A DNA stretch of 64,000 nucleotides from Filomicrobium sp. (GTDB taxonomy: Bacteria > Pseudomonadota > Alphaproteobacteria > Rhizobiales > Hyphomicrobiaceae). Positions 20,130-31,152 of this stretch are shown piece after piece; within the stretch, counting starts at the first letter, position 1, and each line of letters starts with the position of its first letter. The notes beneath the pieces are model-generated. The model worked only from the letters and a program-made list of their open reading frames with translations, did no database searches and was not told the origin of the DNA. The stretch covers positions 27,699 through 91,698 of the forward strand of contig CBDDFK010000009.1 in the NCBI GenBank assembly GCA_965226995.1, given 5' to 3'. A program made the translations under genes and the position numbers.

Positions 20130-21518
20130 ATGACCGACTTCCGCACCGAATCCGACACCATGGGCCCCGTCGAGGTTCCGGCGGACCGCTATTGGGGCGC
20201 TCAGGCGCAGCGCTCGCTCGGCAACTTCAAGATTGGCTGGGAAAAGCAGCCCGCCCCGGTCGTCCGCGCGCTCGGCATCGTCAAGCGCGCCGCCGCCGAA
20301 GCCAACATGGCGCTCGGCAAGCTCGATCCGGATCTCGGCAAGGCCATCGTGCAGGCCGCTAACGAAGTCATCGAGGGCAAGCTCGACGACCACTTCCCCC
20401 TCGTCGTCTGGCAGACCGGTTCCGGTACGCAGTCGAACATGAACGCCAACGAGGTGATTTCCAACCGCGCCATCGAGATCCTCGGCGGCGAGAAGGGCTC
20501 CAAGTCGCCGGTCCATCCCAACGATCACTGCAACATGAGCCAGTCGTCCAACGACACCTTCCCGACGGCCATGCACATCGCCTGCGCGGAGGAAATCCAC
20601 CACCGCCTGCTGCCGGCGCTGCAGAAGCTGCGCAACGCCTTGAACGACAAGGCGCAGGCCTGGAAGGACATCATCAAGATCGGCCGCACCCATACGCAGG
20701 ACGCCACGCCGCTGACCTTGGGGCAGGAATTCTCCGGCTACGCCCAGCAGCTCGACAACGGCATCGCCCGCATCGAGCAGACGATGCCGAAGCTGATGGA
20801 GCTGGCCCAGGGCGGCACCGCCGTCGGCACCGGCCTCGCCGCACCCGTCGGTTTCGCTGAAAAGGTCGCCGAACGCATTGCCGGCATCACCGCCCTGCCC
20901 TTCACCTCGGCCCCCAACAAGTTCGAGGCCCTCGCCGCCCATGACGCGATGGTCTTCGCACACGGCGCCATCACCACGGTGGCCATGAGCTGCTTCAAGA
21001 TCGCCAACGACATCCGCTTCCTGGGCTCCGGCCCGCGTTCGGGCCTCGGCGAACTGGCGCTGCCGGAAAACGAACCCGGCTCCTCCATCATGCCCGGAAA
21101 GGTTAACCCGACGCAGTGCGAAGCGCTGACCCAGGTCTGTGCGCACGTCCATGGGAACAACGCCGCCATCTCGTTTGCCGGCAGCCAGGGCCATTTCGAG
21201 CTCAACGTCTACAACCCGATGATGGCTTACAACTTCCTGCAATCCGTCCGCCTGCTGGCCGATGCCGCCGTTTCGTTTACCGACAACTGTGTCGTCGGCA
21301 TCGAACCGCGCCTCGACAACATCGAACGCGGTTTGAAGAACTCCTTGATGCTGGTCACACCGCTCAAGGAAAAATACGGCTATGACCGGGCGGCGAAGAT
21401 CGCGAAAACAGCCCATAAGAACGGCACGACGCTGCGCGAAGAGGCCATTGCCGACGGAATTCCGGCCGAGGATTTCGATGCAATCGTGCGCCCTGAAAAA
21501 ATGATATCGCCAGCGTAA
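20130..21518 (+). CDS. fumC: class II fumarate hydratase
   Basis: Signature [17 protein letters not shown]-terminus [26 protein letters not shown]. 462 aa. Confidence 0.95.
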   Translation: MTDFRTESDTMGPVEVPADRYWGAQAQRSLGNFKIGWEKQPAPVVRALGIVKRAAAEANMALGKLDPDLGKAIVQAANEVIEGKLDDHFPLVVWQTGSGTQSNMNANEVISNRAIEILGGEKGSKSPVHPNDHCNMSQSSNDTFPTAMHIACAEEIHHRLLPALQKLRNALNDKAQAWKDIIKIGRTHTQDATPLTLGQEFSGYAQQLDNGIARIEQTMPKLMELAQGGTAVGTGLAAPVGFAEKVAERIAGITALPFTSAPNKFEALAAHDAMVFAHGAITTVAMSCFKIANDIRFLGSGPRSGLGELALPENEPGSSIMPGKVNPTQCEALTQVCAHVHGNNAAISFAGSQGHFELNVYNPMMAYNFLQSVRLLADAAVSFTDNCVVGIEPRLDNIERGLKNSLMLVTPLKEKYGYDRAAKIAKTAHKNGTTLREEAIADGIPAEDFDAIVRPEKMISPA

Positions 21519-21803
21519 ACGGCCGTTTTCGCGAATTTACCCGATTGAAAGCATGACCAGGCGCCCAAACACGCACGCGGGCGCTTGGTTAACGCGCGCA
21601 AAGCGGCACGGGGCTTGGGCCTGCGGCGGAAGCACCAGTTCGAGAATTCTTTAATCAGTATTTTACGTAAATTCGCCCCTGATTATGCTTAAAGGCCCCG
21701 CTAATTCGCGTTTCTTTCTCGCGTTCACCTAAATTCTTCGGAAGACGGTCCGGATCGATAAGTTGCTCCAGCAGAGAAAACTTGTCTCGAAGGACCAACA
21801 AAA

Positions 21804-23051
21804 ATGAACAAAGCTCTCAGCCAATTCTCATCGTTCGCAGGCGACCGCCGCGGCCACGTCGCCATGTCGTTCGCTCTGACAGTCATGCCGCTCCTCACCA
21901 TCATTGGCGGCGCGGTCGACCTCAACACCGCTTATACGGTGAAGCAGAAACTCCAGGCTCTCACGGACATCTCCGCAGTGTCGGGTGCCCGCCTCCCGGC
22001 CACTTCGAACGAAAACCGGATGAACGCTCTCGTTTCCTCGTTCAACGTCAACGCGGAAGCATCCAACATCGACGGTATCGTCCCGAAGTTCTTCGCGTCG
22101 AACGCCGAGGTTCAGGTCGAGGCATCCGCTAAGAGCCCGACGACCATTCTCAAGCTTCTCGGCGTCGACGATATCCCCGTCTCCGCGAAGACCCGCGCAC
22201 GCTCCCAGGTGCAGAACGGCGGCGTCATCTGCCTGCTCGCGCTCGATGGCGCCGCCGTAGAGGGCCTTCACCTCCAGGGCATCAATAAGGTCTCTCAGAA
22301 AGACTGCTGGGCCTGGGTGAACTCGACGAGCCCGACGGCGATCAACGCGGTCGGCGCGTCCACCGGTTCCGCGCAGGGCTTCTGCGTCGCCGGCGGCGTT
22401 ATCGGCGACGATCACTTCTCGCCCGCTCCCTATCGCGGCTGCGACCCCTACGAAGACCCCTTCGCTTCGAAGTTCCCGGCGGATGCGCCCTACGTTGGCG
22501 ACTGCAAGGAGCGTAACCTCAACCTGCGCAACGGCTACCACACGGTCACGCCTGGCGTTTACTGCGGCGGTATCTCGATGAAACCGCAGGCCATCGTGCA
22601 CTTCGAACCGGGCACCTACATCATCAAGGACGGCGGTCTCGATATGCAGGCCCAGTCCGTTGCGACCGGCAATGGCGTGACCTTCTACTTCACTGGCAAC
22701 AATACCGGGATCGACGTCAAAGGCGGCGCCGAAATGCAGCTCCGCGCTCCGGCCACCGGCAAACTCGCCAGCTTTCTGTTCGTCCAGGACCCCGCCTCCA
22801 ACCCGGGCGGTGAAGTCAACATCCAGGGCGGCGGCCGTGTGAAGATGGAAGGCGTGCTCTACACCCCGACCTGGACGGTGGCGATCGGCGGCAACGGCGA
22901 AGTGAACCAGGAAGCCCAGTTCTGGACCATGATCGCCAAGTCCTTCCACATGGAAGGCAACGGCCGCCTGTTCATCAACTCCGAAGCGGAAGAAATCGGC
23001 CTGCCCAACATCATGCCGAAGATTCCCACCGGCCCACTCCTTCTCAACTGA
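21804..23051 (+). CDS. TadE/TadG-like (Flp-pilus-assembly related) protein
   Basis: N-terminus FAGDRRGHVAMSFALTVMPLLTIIGGAVDL is the TadE/G-like prepilin-type hydrophobic segment. No other tad genes are adjacent. Confidence 0.6.
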   Translation: MNKALSQFSSFAGDRRGHVAMSFALTVMPLLTIIGGAVDLNTAYTVKQKLQALTDISAVSGARLPATSNENRMNALVSSFNVNAEASNIDGIVPKFFASNAEVQVEASAKSPTTILKLLGVDDIPVSAKTRARSQVQNGGVICLLALDGAAVEGLHLQGINKVSQKDCWAWVNSTSPTAINAVGASTGSAQGFCVAGGVIGDDHFSPAPYRGCDPYEDPFASKFPADAPYVGDCKERNLNLRNGYHTVTPGVYCGGISMKPQAIVHFEPGTYIIKDGGLDMQAQSVATGNGVTFYFTGNNTGIDVKGGAEMQLRAPATGKLASFLFVQDPASNPGGEVNIQGGGRVKMEGVLYTPTWTVAIGGNGEVNQEAQFWTMIAKSFHMEGNGRLFINSEAEEIGLPNIMPKIPTGPLLLN

Positions 23052-23084
23052 TCCTCCCCGTTACCGATACCCGGAGAACTCACC

Positions 23085-23249
23085 ATGGAACGGTTGATCG
23101 AAGAACTATCTCGCCTACTGAACGATCCCTTCGTTCTGGGTCTCTTGGTCGGTGGCTTCGTCGTCTGGCTGGTCCTCCAGATCCGGCGCAATAGAAAGAA
23201 ACGTCGCGAAAAGGCCGCGGCCGACAAGGACCGGTCACGCTCGATCTGA
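23085..23249 (+). CDS. possible 54-aa single-TM small protein
   Basis: ATG lies 7 nt after GGAGA. Hydrophobic core FVLGLLVGGFVVWLVL is followed by a basic tail RRNRKKRREK. A terminator follows directly. Too short for the ORF track. Confidence 0.3.
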   Translation: MERLIEELSRLLNDPFVLGLLVGGFVVWLVLQIRRNRKKRREKAAADKDRSRSI

Positions 23250-23275
23250 GCAAAAGAGCCGCAGCCGAACAATCT

Positions 23276-23312
23276 GCGCCGTCGCTTTGAAGCGGCGGCG
23301 CTTTTTCTTTTT
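23276..23312 (+). terminator. rho-independent terminator
   Basis: GCGCCGTCGC-TTTGAA-GCGGCGGCGC hairpin followed by TTTTTCTTTTT. Confidence 0.65.
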
Positions 23313-23426
23313 CGCTCGTTTAGAAAGCCGAAGGCGGGGCGCTGTTCCGTCGCGGCGCGAAATGATTAAATAGGTCCCGCCTAATCGCATCAGCGCGCGC
23401 CTGCATGCCCTTACGGAGACCGGCCC

Positions 23427-23696
23427 ATGTCCGCCGAAATCGTCAATCTTCGCCGTGCCCGTAAGGAAAGGGCGCGGGCCGAAAAAGAACTGAAGGCCGC
23501 GGAGAACCGTCGCCGCCATGGGCGAAGCCGCGCCGAGCGTCTACGCGATGAACGCGAAGCCGAACGCCAGCGTCGAACCATTGAAGCCGCCCGCATCGAA
23601 AGCTCCGACGGCGTGGGAGAATGCCGCCCGAAGAACGCCGCGCACAAGGGTCCCCGCGGCAGCGCGCGCACCGAAAAGTCCCGGGACGAGGAATGA
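23427..23696 (+). CDS. DUF4169-like small basic protein
   Basis: MSAEIVNLRRARKERARAEKELKAAENRRRHGRSRAE pattern. The stop overlaps the next start (ATGA). Confidence 0.6.
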   Translation: MSAEIVNLRRARKERARAEKELKAAENRRRHGRSRAERLRDEREAERQRRTIEAARIESSDGVGECRPKNAAHKGPRGSARTEKSRDEE

Positions 23697-23956
23697 GCCG
23701 GCCGGAGAAACGCTCGTTCCGTATTCGGGGCCACCCAACGTCGCTGTCGCTGGAAGAACCCTTCTGGCAGGCCCTCCGGGAAATCGCCAACGACCGTGGG
23801 ATCGCGCTAACGGCGCTCGTCGAGGAAATCGACAGCCAACGCGACGCACTCGCTTCCGGGCTGTCCGGCGCAATTCGCGTCTACGTGCTGGAGCATTATC
23901 GCCGACAGGCCCGGTCGGCGTTGACGGAGCCGGCGCCTATTCCCTATCAGGATTAG
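23693..23956 (+). CDS. ribbon-helix-helix domain protein
   Basis: Internal ATG at 23693. RSFRIRGHPTSLSLEEPFWQALREIANDRGIALTALVEEID is an RHH-type pattern. Confidence 0.65.
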   Translation: MSRPEKRSFRIRGHPTSLSLEEPFWQALREIANDRGIALTALVEEIDSQRDALASGLSGAIRVYVLEHYRRQARSALTEPAPIPYQD

Positions 23957-23971
23957 GCTGAACCACCCGCA

Positions 23972-24022
23972 CCCCCGCCCGGCCGCCCAACTAACATACT
24001 CCCAAGGGCGGCCGGGCGGGGG
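23972..24022. terminator. perfect 17-bp GC-rich inverted repeat between convergent genes, possible bidirectional terminator
   Basis: CCCCCGCCCGGCCGCCC (23972-23988) and GGGCGGCCGGGCGGGGG (24006-24022). There is no U-tract on either strand, so its function is uncertain. Confidence 0.4.
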
Positions 24023-24202
24023 AGCGGGCTGGCGATGCGGTTCCGCGTAATGCGGAAATGATCTAAGCGCGATCCGGTCGAGCCGGACAACTGATGCGGA
24101 GGCGCTAAATAAGGTTCCGCCCCCCCCCGTTTAGTGGCTTGGTCGGAACGGAAAGGCAGACGGGAAGTCGGTCAAGCGGGAGAAGTCGAAGGAACCAGAA
24201 GT

Positions 24203-25106
24203 TTAGCCCGGACCGCCGAGCGAAAATTTGGGAATGGCCTTCCAGACCTTGGAGATCCACGAGCCGCTGTCACGCTGCGGGGCCAGACCGTCGTTCGCCA
24301 GCAGCGCGTAGGAATCCTTGTACCATTGCGACTGCGGGAAGTTGTGACCGAGGACGGCGGCAGCCGTCTGCGCTTCATTGACGATCCCCAGCGCCAGATA
24401 CGCTTCCACCAGACGCGCCAGCGCTTCCTCGACATGCGCCGTCGTCTGGTAGTCGCTGACGACTGTCTTGAACCGGTTGATCGCGGCGATATAGTTGTTC
24501 CGCTCAAGGTAATACCGGCCGACCTGCATCTCGGAGGCGGCAAGCGTATCCCTGGCGAGGCGAATCCTGTTCTCGGCGATCTTCCCGTACTCGGTATCGG
24601 GATAGCGCGTCGCCAGGATCTCGAGTTCCTTCAGCGCCTTCCGCGTCGTCGACTGGTCGCGGTTGGGCTGGTTCATCTCGTCGAAATAGGCCGATGCGAT
24701 GATGTGATGCGCCAGCGCGGCTTCCTTCGTGCCGGGGTGCATCGTCGTGTAGCGGCGTGCCGAAGCGATCGCCTCGGGATACTTGCCGGCTTTGTAATAA
24801 GCGTAAGCGGCCATCACCATCGCGCGGCGGGCTTCGGGCGCGTAAGGGTGGTCCCGGTCGAGATCTTCGAACTTGGGAAGCGGCGCGGTTGAATTTACCG
24901 CGGCTCAGAAGACTGTCCGCGTCGGAGTACATCTTGCCAGGCGGATCCGGGTTGAGCGCTTTGGAAAGATCGCTTGAAGACGCGCACCCGCCGATGAGGA
25001 GCGCTGCTCCAATAAAGCCCGCGCGCGCAGCGAAAGCGACGGAAGGCCACCGCGCAAGCTTTCGCGCGCTGATCGCCGTCGTCGATTTTCCGAGCTTATG
25101 CGTCAC
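24203..25106 (-). pseudogene. bamD: outer membrane assembly lipoprotein BamD (ComL) with an apparent 1-nt frameshift; could be a sequencing error
   Basis: Signal peptide plus lipobox (AALLIGGC) and ...SRGKFNRAA are in one frame. KFEDLDRDHPYAPEARRAMVMAAYAYYKAGKY... (TPR-like BamD body) is in the +1 frame. The switch maps to GGG at 24875-24877. Confidence 0.7.
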
Positions 25107-25336
25107 GAGGTGTACCCGTTTCCTTTGAAGCCCTGCCCAGCCACCGGCTCATCTCATGGCAGCACGGACGAATAATGGCAAGGCGACGAAAAGAGAAACA
25201 CCGCCCGGCTTCCTGCTCCTTCGCGCCGACCGAAGGGATCGACGGCCCAGAGGGCAAACGAAGCCCACAGAGAACCCGGTTCGCGTGCTGGACCCTAGGA
25301 CGCTACGGCCGCCAGTGCGTGCCGAAACGCCGGTAC

Positions 25337-26281
25337 TCAGTGAGAAGTGCCGGCATACTGCGCCGGATAGGCGAAGCTGACGGGAACGGTCTCGCGAACC
25401 TTCGGAGCCTGCACAACGCTGTACGCCGATTCGTCGGCAAGCAGAGCCTGTACCACGAGCGAATTGAGACGATGTCCACCGCGAACCGAACGGAAGGCGC
25501 CAAGCAGCGGCAAACCGGCCAGCGCAAGATCGCCGACGGCATCGAGCATCTTGTGGCGCACGAACTCGTCTGCGTAGCGGAGCCCCTCGGCGTTCATGAC
25601 CCGGCCGTCGCCGATGGCCACCGTGTTGTTGAGATTGGCGCCAAGCGCCAGACCGTTTTTCCAGAGGTGCTCGACATCGCGCATGAACCCGAAGGTGCGC
25701 GCCCGGCAAAGCTCGTGACGGAAAACGCCCGGCGCCATTTCGTAGGCGAGCCGCTGGCGCCCGATGAGCGGCGTGTCGAAGTCGATCTCGATGTCGAGGT
25801 GGAAGCCGCTGTGCGGTGCGATCTCGCCGAAGCAATCGCCGTCTTCGACACGGATCGGCTTGAGAACTTTTAGGAATTTACGCGATTCGGACAGTTCCAT
25901 CAGTCCGACTTCGTCGATCGCTTCGACGAATACCGAGGAACTGCCGTCCATGATCGGCACTTCCTGGCTATCGATCTCTATATAGCAGTTGTCGACGGAA
26001 AGACCGCGAAGTGCGGCAAGGAGATGTTCGACGGTGCTGACGGTGTTGCCGTGCTCGTCACCGATTACCGTACATAGAGTGAGGTTCTTGACGTTATGGA
26101 CCGACGCCTCGATATCAGCGACGACTCGTCCGCGTTTCGTGACCATAAACCGGAGCCCAGCATCGGCCTCGGCCGGATGCAGAATAACCGATGCTGGCGC
26201 TCCGCTGTGCACCCCCGTGCCGGTCAGCTCGATCTCGCGCGCGACGGTCGTCTGGCGCGAGCCGATAAAACGATTCGACAT
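25337..26281 (-). CDS. lpxC: UDP-3-O-acyl-N-acetylglucosamine deacetylase
   Basis: N-terminus RQTTVAREIELTGTGVHSGAPASVILHPA. Motifs TVEHLLAAL, FVRHKMLDAVGDLAL. Confidence 0.95.
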   Translation of the reverse strand: MSNRFIGSRQTTVAREIELTGTGVHSGAPASVILHPAEADAGLRFMVTKRGRVVADIEASVHNVKNLTLCTVIGDEHGNTVSTVEHLLAALRGLSVDNCYIEIDSQEVPIMDGSSSVFVEAIDEVGLMELSESRKFLKVLKPIRVEDGDCFGEIAPHSGFHLDIEIDFDTPLIGRQRLAYEMAPGVFRHELCRARTFGFMRDVEHLWKNGLALGANLNNTVAIGDGRVMNAEGLRYADEFVRHKMLDAVGDLALAGLPLLGAFRSVRGGHRLNSLVVQALLADESAYSVVQAPKVRETVPVSFAYPAQYAGTSH

Positions 26282-26562
26282 GAATGCCGTCCCTCGATGC
26301 GTGCCCAGGCTGAGACCATTCGATCGTCAGAACAGTCCGCCACCCCCAAAATTTTGGGCTCCATACCGTGTCGCGACCCATTGCTGGGACCCTCGACTTT
26401 CCCCGAATACAGCTGAGGAGAACGACTCGGTTTTGCCCGTTAACGAATTGGACGATACCCGGCTGCCACAGGCCGTACAAATCACGCTTTCTTACACTCT
26501 GTTACCCTTCTGCCGCGAGTTTGCCACAGGATGGCCGTTGTTCAGATTGCACCGCAAAATGC

Positions 26563-28581
26563 TCAGCCCCGACCCTGCTCGCGATTAAAAAACACAGGCA
26601 ATTCAGCGTCTTGAGCGTTTTCGTCAATGTCGCGTTCGTGCTCCCGCTGCCCGCCTGATGTGCGGTTGCGGTAGGCGTCGCGCTGGTAGTTATCACGTTC
26701 TGTTACACTTTCGGCTTTGCCCGTGGCTCCGGCAGCGTGCGAATCATCCTGACGCCGACCGAAGCCCGTGAGTCGCTGGAACAGACCCGGCTTCTGCCGT
26801 TCGTCAGCGCCATGATCGCGCGGCGTCCGTTCGTAGTCGTCCTGCCCCCGCTTGGCGTAGTAGTCCCGCCGGCCGACTTCCGGGAAATCGTCCACTTGTG
26901 GAATATGCGCGCGGCGGTGGATCTCCTCGGTCTGGCGCGGATGGAACTCGCGGCCATGATCGGGTTCCCGCGCGGCAGGGATTGGCGGCGGCGGCGGCCC
27001 GGCCGGACGGGCGGCGCCCCTGTCCCGGAGTGGATCCCCGCCGGCTTCGATCGTCACACCTTCCGGTCCGTTCCAGATAACCGAATCGTTGCCGGGACCG
27101 ACCTGCGGCTTCGGTCCATGCGACGACGAGCGAGAACCCTCGCCGGAACCGGCCTCGGCCGAAGAGCGGCCATCGCGGCCGTCGCGACTGTTTCCACCCG
27201 GTCCAGGACCGTTGAGCGGAGGCGGTGCCGGCCCATCCCGATGCGTGCTCGCCGCTCCCGTCGGCAACCCTGGGATCGCGCCCGCTTTATCGCTGGAATG
27301 CTGCGGCGGCTTTGCGCCTGAAGCCGGCGGTGGCGGCGGCGGCGCCGATCTTGCCGGCGCAGGTTTCTGGCCCGCTTCCTTTCCGGAGGCCCCGCTGGCA
27401 GGTGCATCCGCGAGCGGACCGCGTTCGCCGGACTTTGTCTCGGCCGCAGTGGAGGCTTTGGCGGCTGCGCCAGGTTGCTGCGGCGGCGATGAGGGTCCCG
27501 CCGGCGGAACAGGCGCACTGGATTTGGCCGCGGACGGTTCCGTAACCGCCTCGCTCCGAGGCTTCTGCGACGGTGAGGGCGAAGGTGGCGACGTTGAAAT
27601 CCCCGGTTTCGCCCCCTTGCTCACCAGCCCGGAAGCAACGATCGACACGCGCACGCGGTCTTCCATGGTATCGTCGAACGTCGCGCCGACGATGATATTG
27701 GCTTCCGGATCGACTTCCTTGCGAACGCGCGAGGCCGCTTCGTCGACTTCATAGAGTGTAAGGTTCGGGCCGCCGGTAATGGACAGCAAGAGACCGCGCG
27801 CGCCCTGCAGCGACACGTCGTCAAGCAGCGGATTCGCGATCGCCTCCTCCGCCGCCATGATCGCGCGGCGTTCGCCGGTCCCCTCGCCCGTGCCCATCAT
27901 CGCGGTGCCCATATTGCTCATGACGGCGCGAACATCGGCAAAGTCGAGGTTGATAAGACCCTCTTTCACGATCAGGTCGACGATGCAGGCCACGCCGGAA
28001 TAGAGCACCTGATCGGCGAGAAGGAACGCTTCGGCGAAGGTGGTCTTCTCGTTGGCCACACGGAAAAGGTTCTGGTTGGGAATAACGATCAGGGTATCGA
28101 CGTTCTCGCGAAGTTCGGCGATTCCCGCTTCCGCCATCCGCATGCGGCGGCTGCCTTCGAACTGGAATGGCTTGGTAACGACCCCGACGGTCAGGATCCC
28201 CAATTCCCGCGACGCCCGCGCGATGACGGAAATCGCGCCCGTTCCCGTCCCGCCGCCCATACCGGCCGCGAGAAAGCACATGTGCGATCCCGAGAGCTGC
28301 GATTTGATCTCGTCGAAGGCTTCCTCGGCCGCTGCGGCACCGATTTCCGGATTGGCGCCGGCGCCAAGGCCTTCGGTCAGGTTCATACCGAGCTGGATGC
28401 GATGTTCGGCGCTCGACGCTTCAAGGGTCTGCGCGTCGGTATTCGCCGCAACGAAGTCGACCCCCGTCAGCCCGGCCGCGATCATGTTGTTGAGCGCGTT
28501 GCAGCCCGCGCCGCCGACACCGATCACGGTAAGGCGCGGCTTCAGATCCGTGAGCTGCGGCAGTTCGAGCTTGATATTCAT
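26563..28581 (-). CDS. ftsZ: cell division GTPase FtsZ with very long Pro/Ala/Gly/Ser-rich linker
   Basis: ATG at 28581 (MNIKLELP...). Motifs [19 protein letters not shown]. About 330 aa of low-complexity linker. C-terminal peptide ELPVFFNRE. Confidence 0.95.
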   Translation of the reverse strand: MNIKLELPQLTDLKPRLTVIGVGGAGCNALNNMIAAGLTGVDFVAANTDAQTLEASSAEHRIQLGMNLTEGLGAGANPEIGAAAAEEAFDEIKSQLSGSHMCFLAAGMGGGTGTGAISVIARASRELGILTVGVVTKPFQFEGSRRMRMAEAGIAELRENVDTLIVIPNQNLFRVANEKTTFAEAFLLADQVLYSGVACIVDLIVKEGLINLDFADVRAVMSNMGTAMMGTGEGTGERRAIMAAEEAIANPLLDDVSLQGARGLLLSITGGPNLTLYEVDEAASRVRKEVDPEANIIVGATFDDTMEDRVRVSIVASGLVSKGAKPGISTSPPSPSPSQKPRSEAVTEPSAAKSSAPVPPAGPSSPPQQPGAAAKASTAAETKSGERGPLADAPASGASGKEAGQKPAPARSAPPPPPPASGAKPPQHSSDKAGAIPGLPTGAASTHRDGPAPPPLNGPGPGGNSRDGRDGRSSAEAGSGEGSRSSSHGPKPQVGPGNDSVIWNGPEGVTIEAGGDPLRDRGAARPAGPPPPPIPAAREPDHGREFHPRQTEEIHRRAHIPQVDDFPEVGRRDYYAKRGQDDYERTPRDHGADERQKPGLFQRLTGFGRRQDDSHAAGATGKAESVTERDNYQRDAYRNRTSGGQREHERDIDENAQDAELPVFFNREQGRG

Positions 28582-28702
28582 AACGCCCCCGTTTCCCCTG
28601 TTACCGCCGACGGACACCGGCGTTACGAGCGGACGGGGACATAAGCCAGGGGGCACGGCTTTCCATCGTCTGGACCGCCAAACCCCGTGAGCCCGGGACG
28701 CA

Positions 28703-29974
28703 CTACAGCCCCGCCATCAGCCAGTCCGTTACACGCCCCAGATATCCCTGCGGCGGCGTCTGGCCACTTTCGATACGCATCGATTTCGCTACCGGCCGCA
28801 AACTTGCGGCCACCGCGCCAACAACCGTGGAATACGCGGGCCCGGCGAGACTCTCCGGCAAATCGAACTCTGACCGCGGTTGCGCGATCCGCACCGACCG
28901 CTTCAGCCTGTTGGCCATGAACTCCGCGAGCCCGACCAGTTCCGCCCCGCCCCCGGTCAGGACGATCCGGTCGCCCGCATACTCCTGTACCCCGCTCCGA
29001 TCCAGCCGTTCCGCGATCAAGGATGCGATCATTGCGGCGCGATGCGTCAGGATCTCGGCGAGGTGCGCCTTGTTCGACTGGTGCAGTCCGCCCTCCTCGC
29101 AACCCGCCAGGGTGTACGAGAAGGTCTCGTGCGAATCAGACTGCGCCGATACTAGTGTGCCATAAAGAGCCTTGATTCGCTCGGCTTCTGCAAACGGCAT
29201 CTGCAGCATACGTGCAATATCGAAGGTGAGATGGTCCGCGCCGACCGGCATCACGTCGCAATGCAGGAAGTGACCGTCCGAGAACATCGCGATTTTCAAG
29301 GTGCCGCCGCCGAAGTCGATGACGGTGATTCCAAGCGCGCGTTCTTCCTCGGTGGTCACCGCCAATGCGCTGGCAAGAGGCGCGATCATCATCGGCCCGG
29401 ATCGCAGGTAGCACTTCTCCGCGAGGATCGAGAGATTGCGCAACGGCGCGTCGTCCGACGTCACCGCGTGGAGGTCCGCCGTCAATCGCCGCGCCGCCAT
29501 CCCACGCGGGTCGTGCGCGCCGGGCTGCCCGTCGAGCCGGTAGCCGATGCCGTTGATATGCACCAGCCGTCGACCGTCGCGCACCGCATAGGACCGGCCG
29601 CCCCTCAGGCAGCGGGAGAGATCGTCGGCCGAGACGACACCGCTGCCGATTTCCGCGTTGGCTGCGAAAACCTCAGAACGCAGCCGGCCGCACGAAAACG
29701 TTGTATGGACGCTCTCCAGCGTGTCGCCCGCCATGCGCTCGGCTTCGCTGATACATGCGCGAACAGCTTCCGCGGCTTCGTCGAAATTGGTGACGACCCC
29801 GGCTTTCACGCCCTTGGACCTGAGACACGACGCCCCGACGATCTTCGCTCCCAACGGCGAGCGCTTCGCGGCCTTGTCCGCGGCGACGATCAGACAGACG
29901 TTCTTGGTCGAGCCGGCATCGAGAAAGCCGACCAGCCTTCCGGCCGGCAGCGAGGATTTATCTTTATTGAGCAC
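28703..29974 (-). CDS. ftsA: cell division protein FtsA
   Basis: Actin-like ATPase pattern ([35 protein letters not shown]). Positioned between ftsQ and ftsZ. Confidence 0.9.
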   Translation of the reverse strand: MLNKDKSSLPAGRLVGFLDAGSTKNVCLIVAADKAAKRSPLGAKIVGASCLRSKGVKAGVVTNFDEAAEAVRACISEAERMAGDTLESVHTTFSCGRLRSEVFAANAEIGSGVVSADDLSRCLRGGRSYAVRDGRRLVHINGIGYRLDGQPGAHDPRGMAARRLTADLHAVTSDDAPLRNLSILAEKCYLRSGPMMIAPLASALAVTTEEERALGITVIDFGGGTLKIAMFSDGHFLHCDVMPVGADHLTFDIARMLQMPFAEAERIKALYGTLVSAQSDSHETFSYTLAGCEEGGLHQSNKAHLAEILTHRAAMIASLIAERLDRSGVQEYAGDRIVLTGGGAELVGLAEFMANRLKRSVRIAQPRSEFDLPESLAGPAYSTVVGAVAASLRPVAKSMRIESGQTPPQGYLGRVTDWLMAGL

Positions 29975-30060
29975 GATACGACACCTTTACGCTTACACAC
30001 TTGTCGGCCGCGTCCGGAACGTCGAACGGGAAACTCGTCACGTCGCCGCGGCCTCGTTGT

Positions 30061-31152
30061 TCAGCCGGCGGGCTGAATGAGATCCGCGATTGTTTTCGGC
30101 GCCTGGCTGGTCGCCGAGGCGGGAACTTCTGGACGCACGGCGATGCGACCGCCGGCACGAAGGTCGATGACCGCATGGCCGCGATCGATCACGCCCGCAA
30201 AGCCCTGCCAATCCGCCAGTTCGCGCAACGCGGTCTCGACGCCGCTCGCCGGGAGGTGGATGACAATCTTCTTGTCGAGATGCAGGCTCCATCGCCGTTC
30301 GCCTACGCGCTCGGCCTTTTCGAGCCGCCTCGCGAGCGCCGGATAGTTGGCCAGCGTTTCGAAGAAGGCACGGGCCACCGGCGCGGCGCCCTTGCCCGCG
30401 AGCCTTGGCAGCCGCTCCCAGTTGTCCAACGAGGCGACCTCGCCGAGAACGGCACCATCGGCATCGATCAGGGCGAACCGGTCGTTGCGCGCCCAAACCG
30501 CGAAAGCTTCCCGCTCGGAGATTCTCACTTCGAGCTGGTTGGGATAGATACGGCGCAATTCCCCGCTGGCGACCCACGGCAATGCTTCAAGACGTGCCCG
30601 GGCAGCAGCCGCGTCGAAACTGGCGAAACTGCGTTGGGACCCGAGGTCGAGCGCCTCGAAAATATCCGCGACCAGGGTGAAGCGCTGTCCCTTAACGGTG
30701 ACCTGCTCGATGCCAAAGCCGGAGTAAACGACCAGCGTTTCGATTTCCGGCACGAGCTGGGTCAGCTTCTTCATGCGCGTCTTGTCGGCGAATAGCGCAA
30801 CCGCGACGATCGCGATCATGAAAGTCGCGCCCAACAGCCGGCGCAGGACGATGTAGCGCCGGCGGCCGCGCCGCCGTCCGCCTACCGGGCTGGCGCCCTT
30901 GGGGGCTTGCCCGCCGCCCTCTGAAGCGAGCGAACCGTGACCCACGTTATGCTTGGAGTTGAGGCCAGCCGAATGGCGCGGATGCGCTCGCGGCGCCCGC
31001 TGCCGATCGTCCCGACTTAAACCGACCTCTTGCAACTTGCGTCCTCGACGATCCAGCGAACGAGTTCGCCGAAACTCCAGCCGGCATATTGGGCGAGTTC
31101 GGGTACAAGCGACGTCGCCGTCATCCCTGGCTGGGTGTTCACTTCCAGGCAC
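30061..31152 (-). CDS. ftsQ: cell division protein FtsQ; start uncertain
   Basis: TM segment (LLGATFMIAIVAVALF) followed by a POTRA-like VTVKGQRF region. The longest ORF overlaps ddl by 135 nt. No internal ATG precedes the TM segment. An in-frame GTG at 30945 is a plausible true start. Confidence 0.75.
   Translation of the reverse strand: MPGSEHPARDDGDVACTRTRPICRLEFRRTRSLDRRGRKLQEVGLSRDDRQRAPRAHPRHSAGLNSKHNVGHGSLASEGGGQAPKGASPVGGRRRGRRRYIVLRRLLGATFMIAIVAVALFADKTRMKKLTQLVPEIETLVVYSGFGIEQVTVKGQRFTLVADIFEALDLGSQRSFASFDAAAARARLEALPWVASGELRRIYPNQLEVRISEREAFAVWARNDRFALIDADGAVLGEVASLDNWERLPRLAGKGAAPVARAFFETLANYPALARRLEKAERVGERRWSLHLDKKIVIHLPASGVETALRELADWQGFAGVIDRGHAVIDLRAGGRIAVRPEVPASATSQAPKTIADLIQPAG

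Noticed and set aside
18258-21416. 1052-aa minus-strand ORF spanning the whole gltB-like and fumC region
   Set aside because: It lies antisense to two genes with unmistakable family motifs. Its composition is dominated by Arg/Ala/Gly/Asp, as expected for a shadow frame in about 65% GC DNA, and it has no recognisable motifs. It is a GC-driven open frame, not a gene.
24870-24907. Programmed ribosomal frameshift in bamD
   Set aside because: There is no slippery heptamer or downstream structure. The site is a plain GGG homopolymer, and I know of no precedent for bamD. A sequencing error or genuine mutation is the simpler explanation.
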